Below are positions 25,482 to 35,319 of a DNA stretch of 64,000 bases, piece after piece. The translations under genes and the position numbers were made by a program. The DNA is taken from positions 193,913-257,912 of the forward strand of contig CAWJGT010000006.1 in NCBI GenBank assembly GCA_963842525.1. The letters run 5' to 3'. The stretch is from an uncultured Holophagales bacterium. GTDB taxonomy: Bacteria; Acidobacteriota; Thermoanaerobaculia; Multivoradales; UBA5704. Every line of letters begins with the position of its first letter. The stretch's first letter is position 1. A model generated the notes under the pieces. That model did not search any database, was not told where the DNA came from, and saw only the letters and a program-made list of their open reading frames with translations.

Positions 25482-27216
25482 TTAACCCGCCTTCTCGTCC
25501 AGCACCGCCCGGTCGCGCAGCTTCTCGGCGGCGGGGGAGAGGGGGGCATGGGTCAGGATCTTGTTGATCCGCTCGACCGCCTTCACGGCGTCGCCCATCC
25601 GCTGGTAGAGGACGACCTCGGCGTAGAGGTTGTCGGCCAGGACGTTCAGGCGGGTCAGGACATCCGCCACGTGCGGGCCTTCGGGGAAGCGGCGCAGGTA
25701 CTCGGCGCCGTTGGCGACGTCGTCGTAGGACTTGACCATGGAGGTCAGCCGCTCGGCGGCGATCTTGCGGATCTCGGCGTCGCGGTCCTGGATGGCGAGC
25801 TGTTCCAGTGCCGCCAGCTCCTTCAGGTTGGGCGCCAGGTTGCGCAGCCCGGTGCGGGCGCGTTTGCCTTCGGCGCTGTTGGGCGCCGTCTCCCAGGCGG
25901 CCATGTAGCGGGTCACCGCCTCGGTCTGGTTGCCCAGCCGGCTGTAGGCGTCCCCGAGGGCGAGCCCCGCCTCGGGCGACTGCGTTGCATCGGGGAAGTT
26001 GCTCAGGAAGCTGACCAGGAACGAGGTCTCGTAGACGCCGCCGCCGAGCACCTCGACCGCCCGCGGATAGAGCTCCTTGCGCTTGGCCTCCAGGTCCGAG
26101 ATCTCCGCCTCCAGCGTGGGCAGGAGGTCGCTCTTGGCATCGACGGCGCGCACCGCGCCCAGCTCCTCGCGGTACCGGCGGACGACCGAGGCGTAGTCGC
26201 GCGACAACAGTGGCTTGGCGAGCTCGATGTCGCGGAGCTTGTGGAGCCTGTCGAGGCGGAGCGTCTCGGCCACCTTGCCCTGCGGCCAGGTCGAAAGCGA
26301 CGCCCCCTCCAGGAAGGCGATCACCGGCGGCTCGGGCTTCTGCCGCTCCTTGTAGGTCATCAGCACCGCCTGGGTGCGCTCGCGGTAGGCGTCCGCCGGC
26401 TTTTTCGGCTGCGGCTTCCAGGTGTCCTTGCGCGCCTCCGCGGCGCGGATCCGCACGTCGGCGAAGGGGTGGGTCTGCAAGTACCCGAACTCCTTGAGCT
26501 GCGGCATCCGGCTGTTCATCAGCTCCCAGACTTTCTGCGCGCCGCCCGGATCGAAGCCGGCAGCCGCGGCGAGCCGCTGCCCTTCGGCGTCGGACTCGTC
26601 CTCGTGCTCGCGGCTGTAGTTGCGCAGCAGGAGCTCTCCGAGCACCAGGCTGGTGGCCGCCGCCCCTTGCACCCGGTCGGCGGCCGGATCGCGCTCGCCC
26701 CGCGGGTCGTAGGGGACGTCCGGGTCGCGCGTGTTGTTGCCCTGGTCGAGCATCACGCCGACCACGAGCAGGCTTCCCGAGGACCTGCAGCAGGGTGGCC
26801 TTGCGCTGCATGCGCTTGTAGTGCTCCAGGGTCACGTGGCCGATCTCGTGGCCGAGCACCGCGGCGAGCATGTCGTCGTCGAGCCCGAGGTCGAGCATGC
26901 CGCGGGTGATGAAGATCTGGCCCGCCGGCAGCGCGAAGGCGTTCGGCACCGGCATGTCGACGAGGCTGAAGGTGAAGGGGAACTTCTGGAAGTCGGACTG
27001 CTGCGCCAGCTCGTAGCCGATGCGGTTGACCCGCGCCAGCTCGGTCGGGTTGTCGTATTTTCCGTACTGCTCGACGACCTGGCCGGCGGCCTGGACGCTC
27101 TTGGCGAAGAGGTCGGGATTGGAGATGGTCTGCGCCGCCAGGTCCCGGAGAGGGAGGATCGTCAGGAGCAGGAAGGCGGTGGCGAGTCGGCCGGGTCGAT
27201 TCCGTCGATTGCTCAT
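25482..27216 (-). CDS. M48 family metalloprotease with a TPR-like C-terminus (frameshift at ~26775)
   Basis: Signal peptide; PNAFALPAG, LGHEIGH, YSREHEDESD, THP motifs across two frames. Confidence 0.85.
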
Positions 27217-27337
27217 GGGGTCCTCACAACAGTCGGTTTCCTGGCAAAGCGTCAACCCCTCACAACACGGCCCCCGAAGTCAAAACTCCCACCTTACTCC
27301 GATAGGGTAGCAGCATCTCATGGTAGCTTTCCCCTCC

Positions 27338-27616
27338 ATGAGCGAGCTGACCATCACGGTGGAGACCGGCCGGGGATCGATGGAGGAGATGCGGTCCGCC
27401 CTGGACGCCGGTCTCAAGGAGGAGTTCCCCGGGGGGATGCTCAAGTGGCGTTGGGAGGGCGACGTGATGCACCTCTCGGGTCCCGGCGCCAAGGCCACGA
27501 TCGTCCTGGAGGACGGCCGCCTCGTCGGCCGCGCAGAGCTCGGGCCGCCCGCCAGCCTGATGCGTCCGGTGATCGAGCAGAAGATCGCGCGGGCGATGAA
27601 AAAGGCCGCCGACTGA
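27338..27616 (+). CDS. Polyhydroxyalkanoic acid system protein-like small protein
   Basis: WRWEGDVMHLSGPGAKATI...MRPVIEQKI pattern; upstream of fatty-acid metabolism genes. Confidence 0.55.
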   Translation: MSELTITVETGRGSMEEMRSALDAGLKEEFPGGMLKWRWEGDVMHLSGPGAKATIVLEDGRLVGRAELGPPASLMRPVIEQKIARAMKKAAD

Positions 27617-28550
27617 CGGACGCACCCTCCCTTCCCGCCGCGCTGCTCCTTCACGCCGGGGCCGATCCGGAAGCTCCCTGGCTCTTCCGGCGCGAAGGTT
27701 GGGACTGGCGCTGGTGGCCCTGGCGACGGGTCGCTGACGCCGTCGCAGGATGGTCCGCCTCTTTCGCGGAAATCTCCGAACCGCGGATCGCCTTTCCCTG
27801 GGTTCCTGAGCCTTCCCTCGTTGCTTTCGACCTGGCCATCCAGGCCTCCGGCCGGACCGCGGTCCCGGTGAGCCTCGGCGCCTCGCGGCCCGATCCGGCC
27901 GGAGGCTGTGCCTGGGTGGAGCCCTCTCCCCCTACCCCCTCTCCCGTGCGTCCCGCACCCCCCGCCCCGAACGGGAGAGGGGGAAACCCGAAGGAACCGG
28001 GTGGTGGCGCCCCTCTCCCGCTCGGGGTGGGGGGCGGTGGCCGCGCGGGGGAGGGGTCGGGGGAGGGGGGGAGGGGGCCGGCGGCGTCGTGGTCCGCGGT
28101 CCCGATGGCGCTCCGGTCGAGCTCTCCCAGGCCGATTTGATCTCCAGGGCGGAGAGCCTTCGCCAACAGATCCCGGCCGGGAAGCCCGGCAAGCGCGACA
28201 TCCTGGTCCTTGCCGGGGATCTCGCGGAGCCGGCCGAGCGGACGCTGCTCGCCTGGGCGACGGTGGCCGGGGCCGCCCTGCTGCTCGAGCCGCTCCGGGA
28301 AAGCCTCGTGGGCACCGCCGTCTGGGCGCGCCCCACCGTGTTCGCCGGCACGGCCGAAGAAACCGCCCGGCTGCGGCAGGCCGTCGAGCGCGAAGGCTCG
28401 CGATGGTGGAGGAGGAGACCGCGGCTGCCCTTTGGCCGGCTGCGGGCAGTGCTCCAGACCGACACGGCGGAGGTCGCGCCCGGGGATGTCGCACGCTGGG
28501 CCGAGCACGGCGTGACGCTCTTGCCGCAAAGCGGCAAAGCCGTGGTATAA
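27613..28550 (+). pseudogene. Degenerate AMP-binding (acyl-CoA synthetase-like) N-terminal domain interrupted by a palindromic repeat
   Basis: LFRREGWDWRWWPW...DLAIQASGRTAVPV, then repeat 27922-28077 and a frame change, then VELSQADL...WARPTVFAG...PFGRLRAV. Confidence 0.5.
27922..28077. repeat. CCCTCTCCCC...GGGGAGGGG palindromic element
   Basis: Nested inverted C-rich/G-rich arms like those at 2579, 24537 and 53757. Confidence 0.7.
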
Positions 28551-28579
28551 ACCTCCCGGAGGAGGAGAGGAGGCGCACC

Positions 28580-30031
28580 ATGGCAGAAGAGAGGCAACCC
28601 GTCGAAGCCCGTCCCCCCGCACCCCTGCGGCCGGCCAACAACGCGTCGGCCCTGGAAGAGGTGACGGAGCGGGCGGACACCGTCTGGACCCGGGGCTCGG
28701 GTCCTCCGGTGTCGGTGAAGAAGTCCGAGCGCCGCGAGCTCAGGGGGCCGCGCGGCCGGGTCGCCATCGTCGATGGGTGCCGCACGCCGTTCACCAAGTC
28801 CGGGACCGACTTCCAGAACATGGATGTGACCGACCTGGCGAGCACGGCGGCGTCCGAGCTGCTCGCGCGCACGGCGATCGACCCCGCGGGCATCGACCTG
28901 TCGGTGTTCGGTGTGGTCGTCCCGGCTTTGCACGCCCCGAACCTGGGCCGCGAGGTGGTCTTCCGCACCTCCATGCCCATGCGCATCCCCGGAGTGACGG
29001 TCAACCTGGCCTGCGCCTCCTCCACCCGCGCGTTGACCTTCGGCGCGGGGGCGATCCTTTCGGGGGAGTGCGACGTGGTGCTGGCCGGCGGGGCCGAGTC
29101 GCTGTCGAACGTGCCGATCCAATTCTCCCGCAAGGCGGCGCACACGTTCATGGAGCTGTCGCGGGCCAAGACGCTGCCGCAGAAGGTGGGTGCCCTCTCC
29201 AAGCTCCGGCCGGCGGACCTGGCGCCCGTGGCCCCCGCCATCGCCGAGTACACCACCGGCATGAGCATGGGCGAGTCGGCCGAGAAGATGGCCAAGGAGA
29301 ACGACATCTCGCGCCGGGCGCAGGACGAGATCGCCCTGATGTCCCACCAGCGCGCAGCCGCCGCCACCGAGGACGGCCGTTTCACCGCGCAGATGGCCCC
29401 GACCTTCCCGCCGCCGCGCTACGACAAGGCGGTCGCCCGGGACAACGGCGTGCGGGCCGACAGCTCCCTGGAGGCGCTCGCCAAGCTCAAGCCGGTCTTC
29501 GACCGCCGCTACGGCACCCTGACGGCAGGCAATTCGAGCCCGCTGACCGACGGCGGCTCGGCCGTGCTCCTGATGAGCGAGGAGCGGGCGAAGGCGCTCG
29601 GCTACACCCCGCTCGGCTATCTCCGCTCCTATGCCTTCACCGCCCTGAACCCGGGCGACCAGCTCCTCCAGGGGCCGGCCTATGCAGCGCCGGCGGCCCT
29701 CGACGCCGCGGGCGTCACCCTGGCCGACATCGACCTGGTGGAGATGCACGAGGCCTTCGCCGCGCAGATCCTCTCCAACATGAAGGCCTTCGCCTCCAAG
29801 AAGTTCGCCCGCGAGGAGCTGGGACGGAGCGAGCCGGTCGGCGTGGTCGACTTCGACCGTTACAACGTGACCGGCGGCTCGATCGCCATCGGCCATCCCT
29901 TCGGCGCCACCGGCGCCCGCGTCGTCACCCAGCTCCTCTACGAGCTGCGCCGGCGCGGCAAGAACCTCGGGCTGGTGACCGTCTGCGCCGCGGGCGGCGT
30001 CGGCTTCGCCATGGTCGTCGAGCGCGAATAG
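28580..30031 (+). CDS. fadI: Acetyl-CoA C-acyltransferase (thiolase, FadI-type)
   Basis: RTPF, NLACAS, MGESAEKMAK, TAGNSSPLTDG, EMHEAFAAQ, GHPFGATG, CAAGG. Confidence 0.9.
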   Translation: MAEERQPVEARPPAPLRPANNASALEEVTERADTVWTRGSGPPVSVKKSERRELRGPRGRVAIVDGCRTPFTKSGTDFQNMDVTDLASTAASELLARTAIDPAGIDLSVFGVVVPALHAPNLGREVVFRTSMPMRIPGVTVNLACASSTRALTFGAGAILSGECDVVLAGGAESLSNVPIQFSRKAAHTFMELSRAKTLPQKVGALSKLRPADLAPVAPAIAEYTTGMSMGESAEKMAKENDISRRAQDEIALMSHQRAAAATEDGRFTAQMAPTFPPPRYDKAVARDNGVRADSSLEALAKLKPVFDRRYGTLTAGNSSPLTDGGSAVLLMSEERAKALGYTPLGYLRSYAFTALNPGDQLLQGPAYAAPAALDAAGVTLADIDLVEMHEAFAAQILSNMKAFASKKFAREELGRSEPVGVVDFDRYNVTGGSIAIGHPFGATGARVVTQLLYELRRRGKNLGLVTVCAAGGVGFAMVVERE

Positions 30032-30040
30032 GGGAGGGGC

Positions 30041-31237
30041 GTGTCCCCTCCCGCCCCCCTGTCCGGCCTCCTGGTGGTGGACCTCTCCCGCCACCTGCCC
30101 GGACCCCTGACCGCACGCCTGCTGGCAGACCTGGGCGCGCGCGTCGTCAAGGTCGAGGAGCCAACATTGGGCGATCCGGTGCGGCAGGCGCCGCCGCGGC
30201 GCGGCGGCACTGGAGCCCTCGCGGCGATCCTGCTGGCCGGGATCGAGAGCGTTGCGCTGGACCTCAAGCAGCAGGGCGCCCGCACCGTCCTGGAGCACCT
30301 GCTCGAGCGGGCGGACGTCCTGATCGAGAGCTTCCGGCCGGGGACCCTGGGACGGCTTGGCTTCCCACCGGAGGAGCTGCGCGAGCGCCATCCCCGGCTC
30401 GTGGTCTGCTCGATCTCCGGCTGGGGCCAGGGCGGCCCCTATGCCCGGCGGGCCGGGCATGACCTCACCTACCAGGCGCTGGCCGGGACCCTCGCATCCA
30501 CTGCCGCCAGCGTCACCATGCCGGCTGTCCAGACCGCCGATCTGACCGGAGCCTGGAGCGCCGTCTCATCGATCCTGGCCGCTCTGCTGGAGCGGGAGCG
30601 GACCGGCCGCGGCCGGCACATCGACGCCGCCCTCTTCGACGCCGCCGTCCACGCCAACCTCACGGCCTGGGCGGACGAGGCCGGAGGGCGGAAGGCCGTG
30701 GGAGAGCGGCTCCAGCTCACCGGCGCCCTGCCCTGCTACAACCTCTACCGTACGGCCGAAGGGGACACCCTGGCGCTCGCCGCCCTGGAGCCGCACTTCT
30801 GGCGCCGCTTCTGCGAGGCGGCCGGCCGCAAGGACCTCATCCGGCTCCAGTTCAAGACCGCGGACCGCGCCCGCCGCAAGGTGGCATCGCTGATCCGCAG
30901 CCGCACCCGGGCCGAGTGGATGGACCTCCTCGTCCGGGAGGACATCCCGGCCGAAATGGTCCTCTCTGCGGCCGAGGTCCGGGCCCATCCGCAGACCCGC
31001 GAGCGCAGCGTCCTGGCCGAAGGCCCCGACGCCCTCCCGCGCCTCGGCTTTCCAACGCGTTTCGACAACGAGCGGCCCCGCGCCGGAGCCCGCGTGCCAG
31101 GCCTCGGCGAGCACACCCGGGCCGTGCTCGAAGAGCTGGGGATCCGCGAGTACGAGGAGTCCTACGGCGTCGGCCGCCGGTTCAGTTGGAAGAGATTACT
31201 GGGACGTTGGCTGGGAGAGGAGGCAGCCGCGAGATGA
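30041..31237 (+). CDS. CaiB/BaiF family (class III) CoA-transferase
   Basis: DLSRHLPGP, LADLGARVVKVE, ESFRPG, GHDLTY, PGLGEHT. Confidence 0.9.
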   Translation: MSPPAPLSGLLVVDLSRHLPGPLTARLLADLGARVVKVEEPTLGDPVRQAPPRRGGTGALAAILLAGIESVALDLKQQGARTVLEHLLERADVLIESFRPGTLGRLGFPPEELRERHPRLVVCSISGWGQGGPYARRAGHDLTYQALAGTLASTAASVTMPAVQTADLTGAWSAVSSILAALLERERTGRGRHIDAALFDAAVHANLTAWADEAGGRKAVGERLQLTGALPCYNLYRTAEGDTLALAALEPHFWRRFCEAAGRKDLIRLQFKTADRARRKVASLIRSRTRAEWMDLLVREDIPAEMVLSAAEVRAHPQTRERSVLAEGPDALPRLGFPTRFDNERPRAGARVPGLGEHTRAVLEELGIREYEESYGVGRRFSWKRLLGRWLGEEAAAR

Positions 31238-32357
31238 CCAGCAGGGTCACGTCGTCGCGCAGCGGCTCTTCCCCGATGTGCTTCTCGAACGTGCGCAGGA
31301 CCAGGTCGTGGACCATCTGCGGCGAGCCTCCCAGGTCCAGGACCGTGCGGATGCCGTCATATCCGAACGCCTTGCCCTGGACGTCCACCGACTCGGCGAG
31401 GCCGTCCGTATAGAGCACCAACAGGTCCCCCGGCTCCATCTCGACCGTCCGGCATTCCACATCCAGCGTGTCGCGGAGGCCCAGGGGCAGCCCGCCCGAG
31501 CCGAGCTCCTCGAGGGTGCGGTCCGCGCGCCGCAGCAGCGGAAACGGATGGCCCGCGCACACGTACTCGAGCTGGCCGGTCTCGGGGGTCAGCAGCGCGT
31601 AGAAAACGCTCACGAACGTCCGCTTCGTGCCCGTGCGGCAGAGCGTGCGGTTGAGCAGCGAGAGCACCCTCTGCGGGCTCGGATCGAGGTCGAGGGCCGT
31701 CTCCAGCGTGGCGTTGGCGATCGCCATCACCAGGCCGGCGGCCATGCCGTGGCCGCTCGCGTCCGCCATGACCACGGCGACCCGCCCATCCGGCAGCGGC
31801 GTGACATCGTAATAGTCGCCCCCCACCTCGTTGGCGGTGCGGTACGAGTGGGCGAACATATAGCCTGGTACGGTCGCGATGACGTTGGGCAGCAGGTCCC
31901 GCTGGAGGTCCCGCGCCACCTCCAGCTCGTCGCGCACCCGGATGCGGTCGACCAGCTCCAGCGCCAGGAGATAGACCAGAGACAGCACGCTGCCGATGAA
32001 CCAGAGCCGGGAGAAGTCCACCTCGACGACGGGCTTACCTTCGCGTCTTATGAGGACCTGCGGGTCCTGGAAGACACCGAAGAAGAAGAAGATCAGTGCC
32101 AGAGCGAAGAGCAGCCGGCGGGCCGGCGTCAGCTTATAGGACAGCCCCAGAAACGCGATCTTGGTGCGGTAGAAGAGGCGCCTGAGCTTCCCTGTGGGCT
32201 CCGCCTGGCTCGCGTGCTCGCGGGCGAGCACGGCGTAGGCCTCCGACGCGTCACGGTCGAAGAGGCGGCTCAGCTCGCGGCCGCTGAGACCCTCGGTGTA
32301 CTCACTGACGAAGGTCTCCAGACGCTGGAACAGGTTCTGTGTGCGTGCGCGGGCCAT
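31182..32357 (-). CDS. SpoIIE/PP2C family serine phosphatase with N-terminal TM helices
   Basis: EVGGDYYD, ADASGHG, CAGHPFP, YTDGL, DDVT. Confidence 0.9.
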   Translation of the reverse strand: MARARTQNLFQRLETFVSEYTEGLSGRELSRLFDRDASEAYAVLAREHASQAEPTGKLRRLFYRTKIAFLGLSYKLTPARRLLFALALIFFFFGVFQDPQVLIRREGKPVVEVDFSRLWFIGSVLSLVYLLALELVDRIRVRDELEVARDLQRDLLPNVIATVPGYMFAHSYRTANEVGGDYYDVTPLPDGRVAVVMADASGHGMAAGLVMAIANATLETALDLDPSPQRVLSLLNRTLCRTGTKRTFVSVFYALLTPETGQLEYVCAGHPFPLLRRADRTLEELGSGGLPLGLRDTLDVECRTVEMEPGDLLVLYTDGLAESVDVQGKAFGYDGIRTVLDLGGSPQMVHDLVLRTFEKHIGEEPLRDDVTLLVISRLPPLPANVPVISSN

Positions 32358-32460
32358 CTCGCTCTGCAATACGAAGACGCGAGCCGGGAGTTTTTTCCGG
32401 CCGTGGTGCGTCTCATTCTAGCGCCTGGGCCGGACGGGAGGGGGAGTCTCGGCCCGAAAA

Positions 32461-32475
32461 GTAGTAAACTACTAC
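32461..32475. promoter_or_regulatory. Possible TA autoregulatory operator
   Basis: GTAGT-N5-ACTAC inverted repeat just upstream of the antitoxin RBS. Confidence 0.3.
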
Positions 32476-32495
32476 CGACGTAGGTGAAGGAGGTC

Positions 32496-32924
32496 ATGAT
32501 GGGCACGCCCCTCAAGGTATCCGACGGCCTGTTTGCCATGGCGAAGCAGGAAGCACAGGCGACGCAGCGCTCCATTACGGCCCAGATCGAGCACTGGGCG
32601 CGGATTGGTCGCGCCGTCGAAACAATTCTTGCCCATCAGGAGTTGCTTGGCCTCAAGCAGGCAGGCGAGCTTTTGACACCTCTGTATCCCTCGGCAGCGC
32701 GGCGGCGTGAGGTGCACGACCTGCTGGCCCAGATCGCGGACAGCAACGATCGCGAGGCCACGACCTCGGGCCTGCGCACCTCTGGGAAACCGGTCTATGC
32801 AACGGATCCCAAGTATCCCGGCATGATCGTTCAAGTGTTGCCTGATGGCACTCGGACCCCTGGGCGCCTGGAAGGCCGGCGTTTCATACCGAAGCAGAGC
32901 AGTCCGATCAAGAGCGCAGAGTGA
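32496..32924 (+). CDS. ParD-like (RHH) antitoxin
   Basis: RBS AAGGAGG; PLKVSDGLFAMAKQEAQATQRSITAQIEHWARIGRAVE motif. Confidence 0.8.
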   Translation: MMGTPLKVSDGLFAMAKQEAQATQRSITAQIEHWARIGRAVETILAHQELLGLKQAGELLTPLYPSAARRREVHDLLAQIADSNDREATTSGLRTSGKPVYATDPKYPGMIVQVLPDGTRTPGRLEGRRFIPKQSSPIKSAE

Positions 32925-33268
32925 TCCCTGAGGTTTTTGCGCCGCTTCGTGGGTTTCTCGCACGAGCCGAGCCAGTCCTCGTCTTTCTCGCGGGATCGAA
33001 CGGGGCAGGCAAGTCCACCTTCTTCAGGGACTACCTCCAGCCGCTTGGGCTTCCCTCTATCAATGCAGACGAGATCGCGCGTTTGCTTCGCGAGGCCTCC
33101 CCTCATGCCGGGGCCGAGAGCTTGGATCGGCTTGCATTCGAGAAGGCCGAAGAGCTGCGTCACTTGATGTTGGCTGGGCGGTTGTCCTTCTGTACCGAGA
33201 CCGTGTTCTCCGATCCTCAGGGTGCAAAGTTGGAGTTTCTGAGAAAAGCCCATTTGTCTGGCTATGCG
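32921..33268 (+). pseudogene. Zeta-toxin/AAA_33-like P-loop toxin, C-terminally truncated
   Basis: LAGSNGAGKSTF, INADEIA, SFCTETVFSDP...KLEFL; GTGA overlap with the antitoxin; similarity ends at SGY. Confidence 0.7.
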
Positions 33269-33269
33269 C

Positions 33270-34013
33270 GGCCAGGCCGGCGAAGGTCCCGGTCCTCGTC
33301 CTCGGCACCTACCACTTCGACAACCCGAACCTCGACTACGTCAAGTCCAACGTGGACGACCACCTCGCCGAGAAGCGCCAGAAGGAGATCCAGCAGGTGG
33401 TCGACCTCCTGGCGAAGCTCAAGCCCACGAAGATCGCCGTGGAGTTTCCAGAAGGAGATGGCCGTCTCCAAAGCCGGTACGAGGCGTACGTCAAGGGAGA
33501 GCACACCTGACCGCCAACGAGACCGAGCAGCTCGGCTTCCGTCTCGCGAAACAGCTCGGCCATGCCAGGATCCATCCCGTGGACCACAAGCTCGACATGG
33601 ACTTCGAAGCCGTCATGAACGCCGCCCAGCAGAGCGGAGACCGCAAGTTCCTGGAGACCGTCCAGAGCGCCATGGTCATGATCCAGGACCTCCAGAAGCG
33701 CCAATCCACCCAGACCGTCCGCGAGAACCTGGCTGAGATCAATGATCCCCAGATGGCGGCCACCGCGCGTGACCTCTACCTGCAGCTCTCCAGGGTGCGC
33801 ACTACTGACAAGTACGTGGGAGCCGACGTGCTGGCCGGCTGGTACCAGCGCAACTTCCGGATCTTCGCCAACCTCGTCCGGGTGATCGAAACCCCCGAGG
33901 ACCGCCTCCTGGTGATCTTCGGCTCAGGCCATCTGGCGACCCTGCGGGAGCTGGTGCGCAGCAGCCCGGATCTGGAATTTGTGGAAGCCGGGGAGTATCT
34001 GGGGACGCGGTAG
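33270..34013 (+). pseudogene. DUF5694-like protein lacking its N-terminus (frameshift at ~33500)
   Basis: VLVLGTYHFDNP, PTKIAVE, NETEQLGFRLA, WYQRNFRIFANL, IFGSGH. Confidence 0.65.
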
Positions 34014-34085
34014 AGGAGCGTACGGCTCCCCTGCGAAGCATCATTTGGGGCCGATCAGTAGGATGAAACGGGTGCTCCTCTTGGC

Positions 34086-34138
34086 GCTGGGAACGCCGGC
34101 TTCCAGCCGGCCTCTTTCGCCGCGGCGGCGCTCCCAGC
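34086..34138. repeat. REP-like palindrome (third family)
   Basis: GCTGGGAACGCCGGCTTCCAGCCGGC...GGCGCTCCCAGC. Confidence 0.55.
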
Positions 34139-34184
34139 CTGGGCAGGATCAACTGCCGATTGATTCAGTGGTGGCTTGCTTGTG

Positions 34185-34532
34185 TCAGTTGTTGCTCAGT
34201 TCGGCCCGCCTAAGCTCTAACCTCCGCATAAGGACAAGCAGCTCCTCTACGATCTGTTGATCGGTACGCATTTCATGTTCCGGCTCGACCGATTGAGCTT
34301 CAGCAGTTCGTAAGACGGTCTCCATCTGGTTCCAGTTTGCATCGAAAACAATTCTGAGAACTGCTTCGCCAAGGTAGTGTTCACCTGCGGCTTTCACTGC
34401 TTTGTTGATCGTGCTCACCAAGCCAAACATGTCTTCCTTGTTGGTCGTCGTGTGCTGGAATTGTGAGAGCGGAGGGCTAAGATCTGAGAGGCGGCTGGGA
34501 CGCAAGCCCCAGGAACAGGGCCCACATCCCAT
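34185..34532 (-). pseudogene. C-terminal remnant of a TIR-domain-like protein
   Basis: SDLSPPLSQFQHTTTNKEDMFGLVSTINKA...VFDANW resembles the C-terminal half of bacterial TIR proteins; lower GC than the flanks. Confidence 0.45.
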
Positions 34533-34624
34533 CGGAAAGCCGCACGGTGCACACTCTTCCCCCAGGGCGGATGCGGACAGCCAATGGCGGCGGTCCTCGA
34601 TGCCGCCCGGAAAGGGGACTCTTT

Positions 34625-34946
34625 ATGACCCGCCGTTCTCTCTTCCTCTGCGCTGCGGTCATCGGCCTCGCTATGACCCTCGCCGCCGGACCGGCCGCGG
34701 CTGCTCCGGACCGGCTGGGGTTCCATCCCTCCACCGAGGTCCGCGGCCCTCTTTGCTCCGGTGTGGGACTTCCTCTCCTCTCTGCTCTCGGGCTGGGAGA
34801 CTTCCGATACCCGCTGCGGCATCGATCCCGACGGTTATACGTTCTGCGGGGAGACCGGGGGACCCGGCACGAGCCTCGATAACCGCTGCGGCATCGATCC
34901 CGACGGCCATACGTTCTGCGTGGACACGCCTCCGTTGAACGGCTGA
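34625..34946 (+). CDS. Small secreted peptide precursor with two CGIDPDG-x-TFC cores (apparent frameshift at ~34740)
   Basis: Signal peptide MTRRSLFLCAAVIGLAMTLAAGPAAA; amphipathic VWDFLSSLLSGW; DTRCGIDPDGYTFC and DNRCGIDPDGHTFC. Confidence 0.65.
34806..34920 (+). repeat. Two 43-bp direct repeats encoding the peptide core
   Basis: 34806-34848 and 34878-34920 are nearly identical. Confidence 0.85.
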
Positions 34947-35049
34947 TCCCTCCGGGCCGGAGGAGAAGGCGGCTCCTCCGGCTCGCTTTTCCGTGCCCTC
35001 TTGCCCCGAAGTTCTGTGTTGCGGTATATTCCCGTCGTCGAGAACGACG

Positions 35050-35319
35050 ATGGAACCGCCAGAGCGCCGTCCAACCCGGGAGGAGATCGATCGTCTGTTG
35101 AAGAGCATCGGTCCGCGGATCGATCGCCTTTTCCGCCGTCACGGCATCCCTCCCGAGGAGGCCGAAAGGCAGATCGGCGAGGCGTTGACCATCCTGGTCT
35201 TTCGCTGGGACCGGATACGCAATCCCAAGTGGTGGTTGCTCGACCGGCTTGGAAAGACGGCCCGGCGGTTCTCGACTCATTCCCCAGAGGAGCCTGACGA
35301 TGAAGAGGCGCCGTCCTGA
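35050..35319 (+). CDS. Small ECF sigma factor region-2-like protein (no region 4)
   Basis: RLFRRHGIPPEEAERQIGEALTILVFRWDRIRNPKWWL resembles sigma-2 (xAEDxxQE...W..I..P..WL). Confidence 0.55.
   Translation: MEPPERRPTREEIDRLLKSIGPRIDRLFRRHGIPPEEAERQIGEALTILVFRWDRIRNPKWWLLDRLGKTARRFSTHSPEEPDDEEAPS

Noticed and set aside
24718-27255. M48 protease-TMEM175 channel fusion
   Set aside because: The frameshift at ~26775 links two separate genes through a non-coding frame
32921-33736. Full-length 271-aa zeta toxin
   Set aside because: After ~33268 the translation is an off-frame read of the DUF5694-like gene
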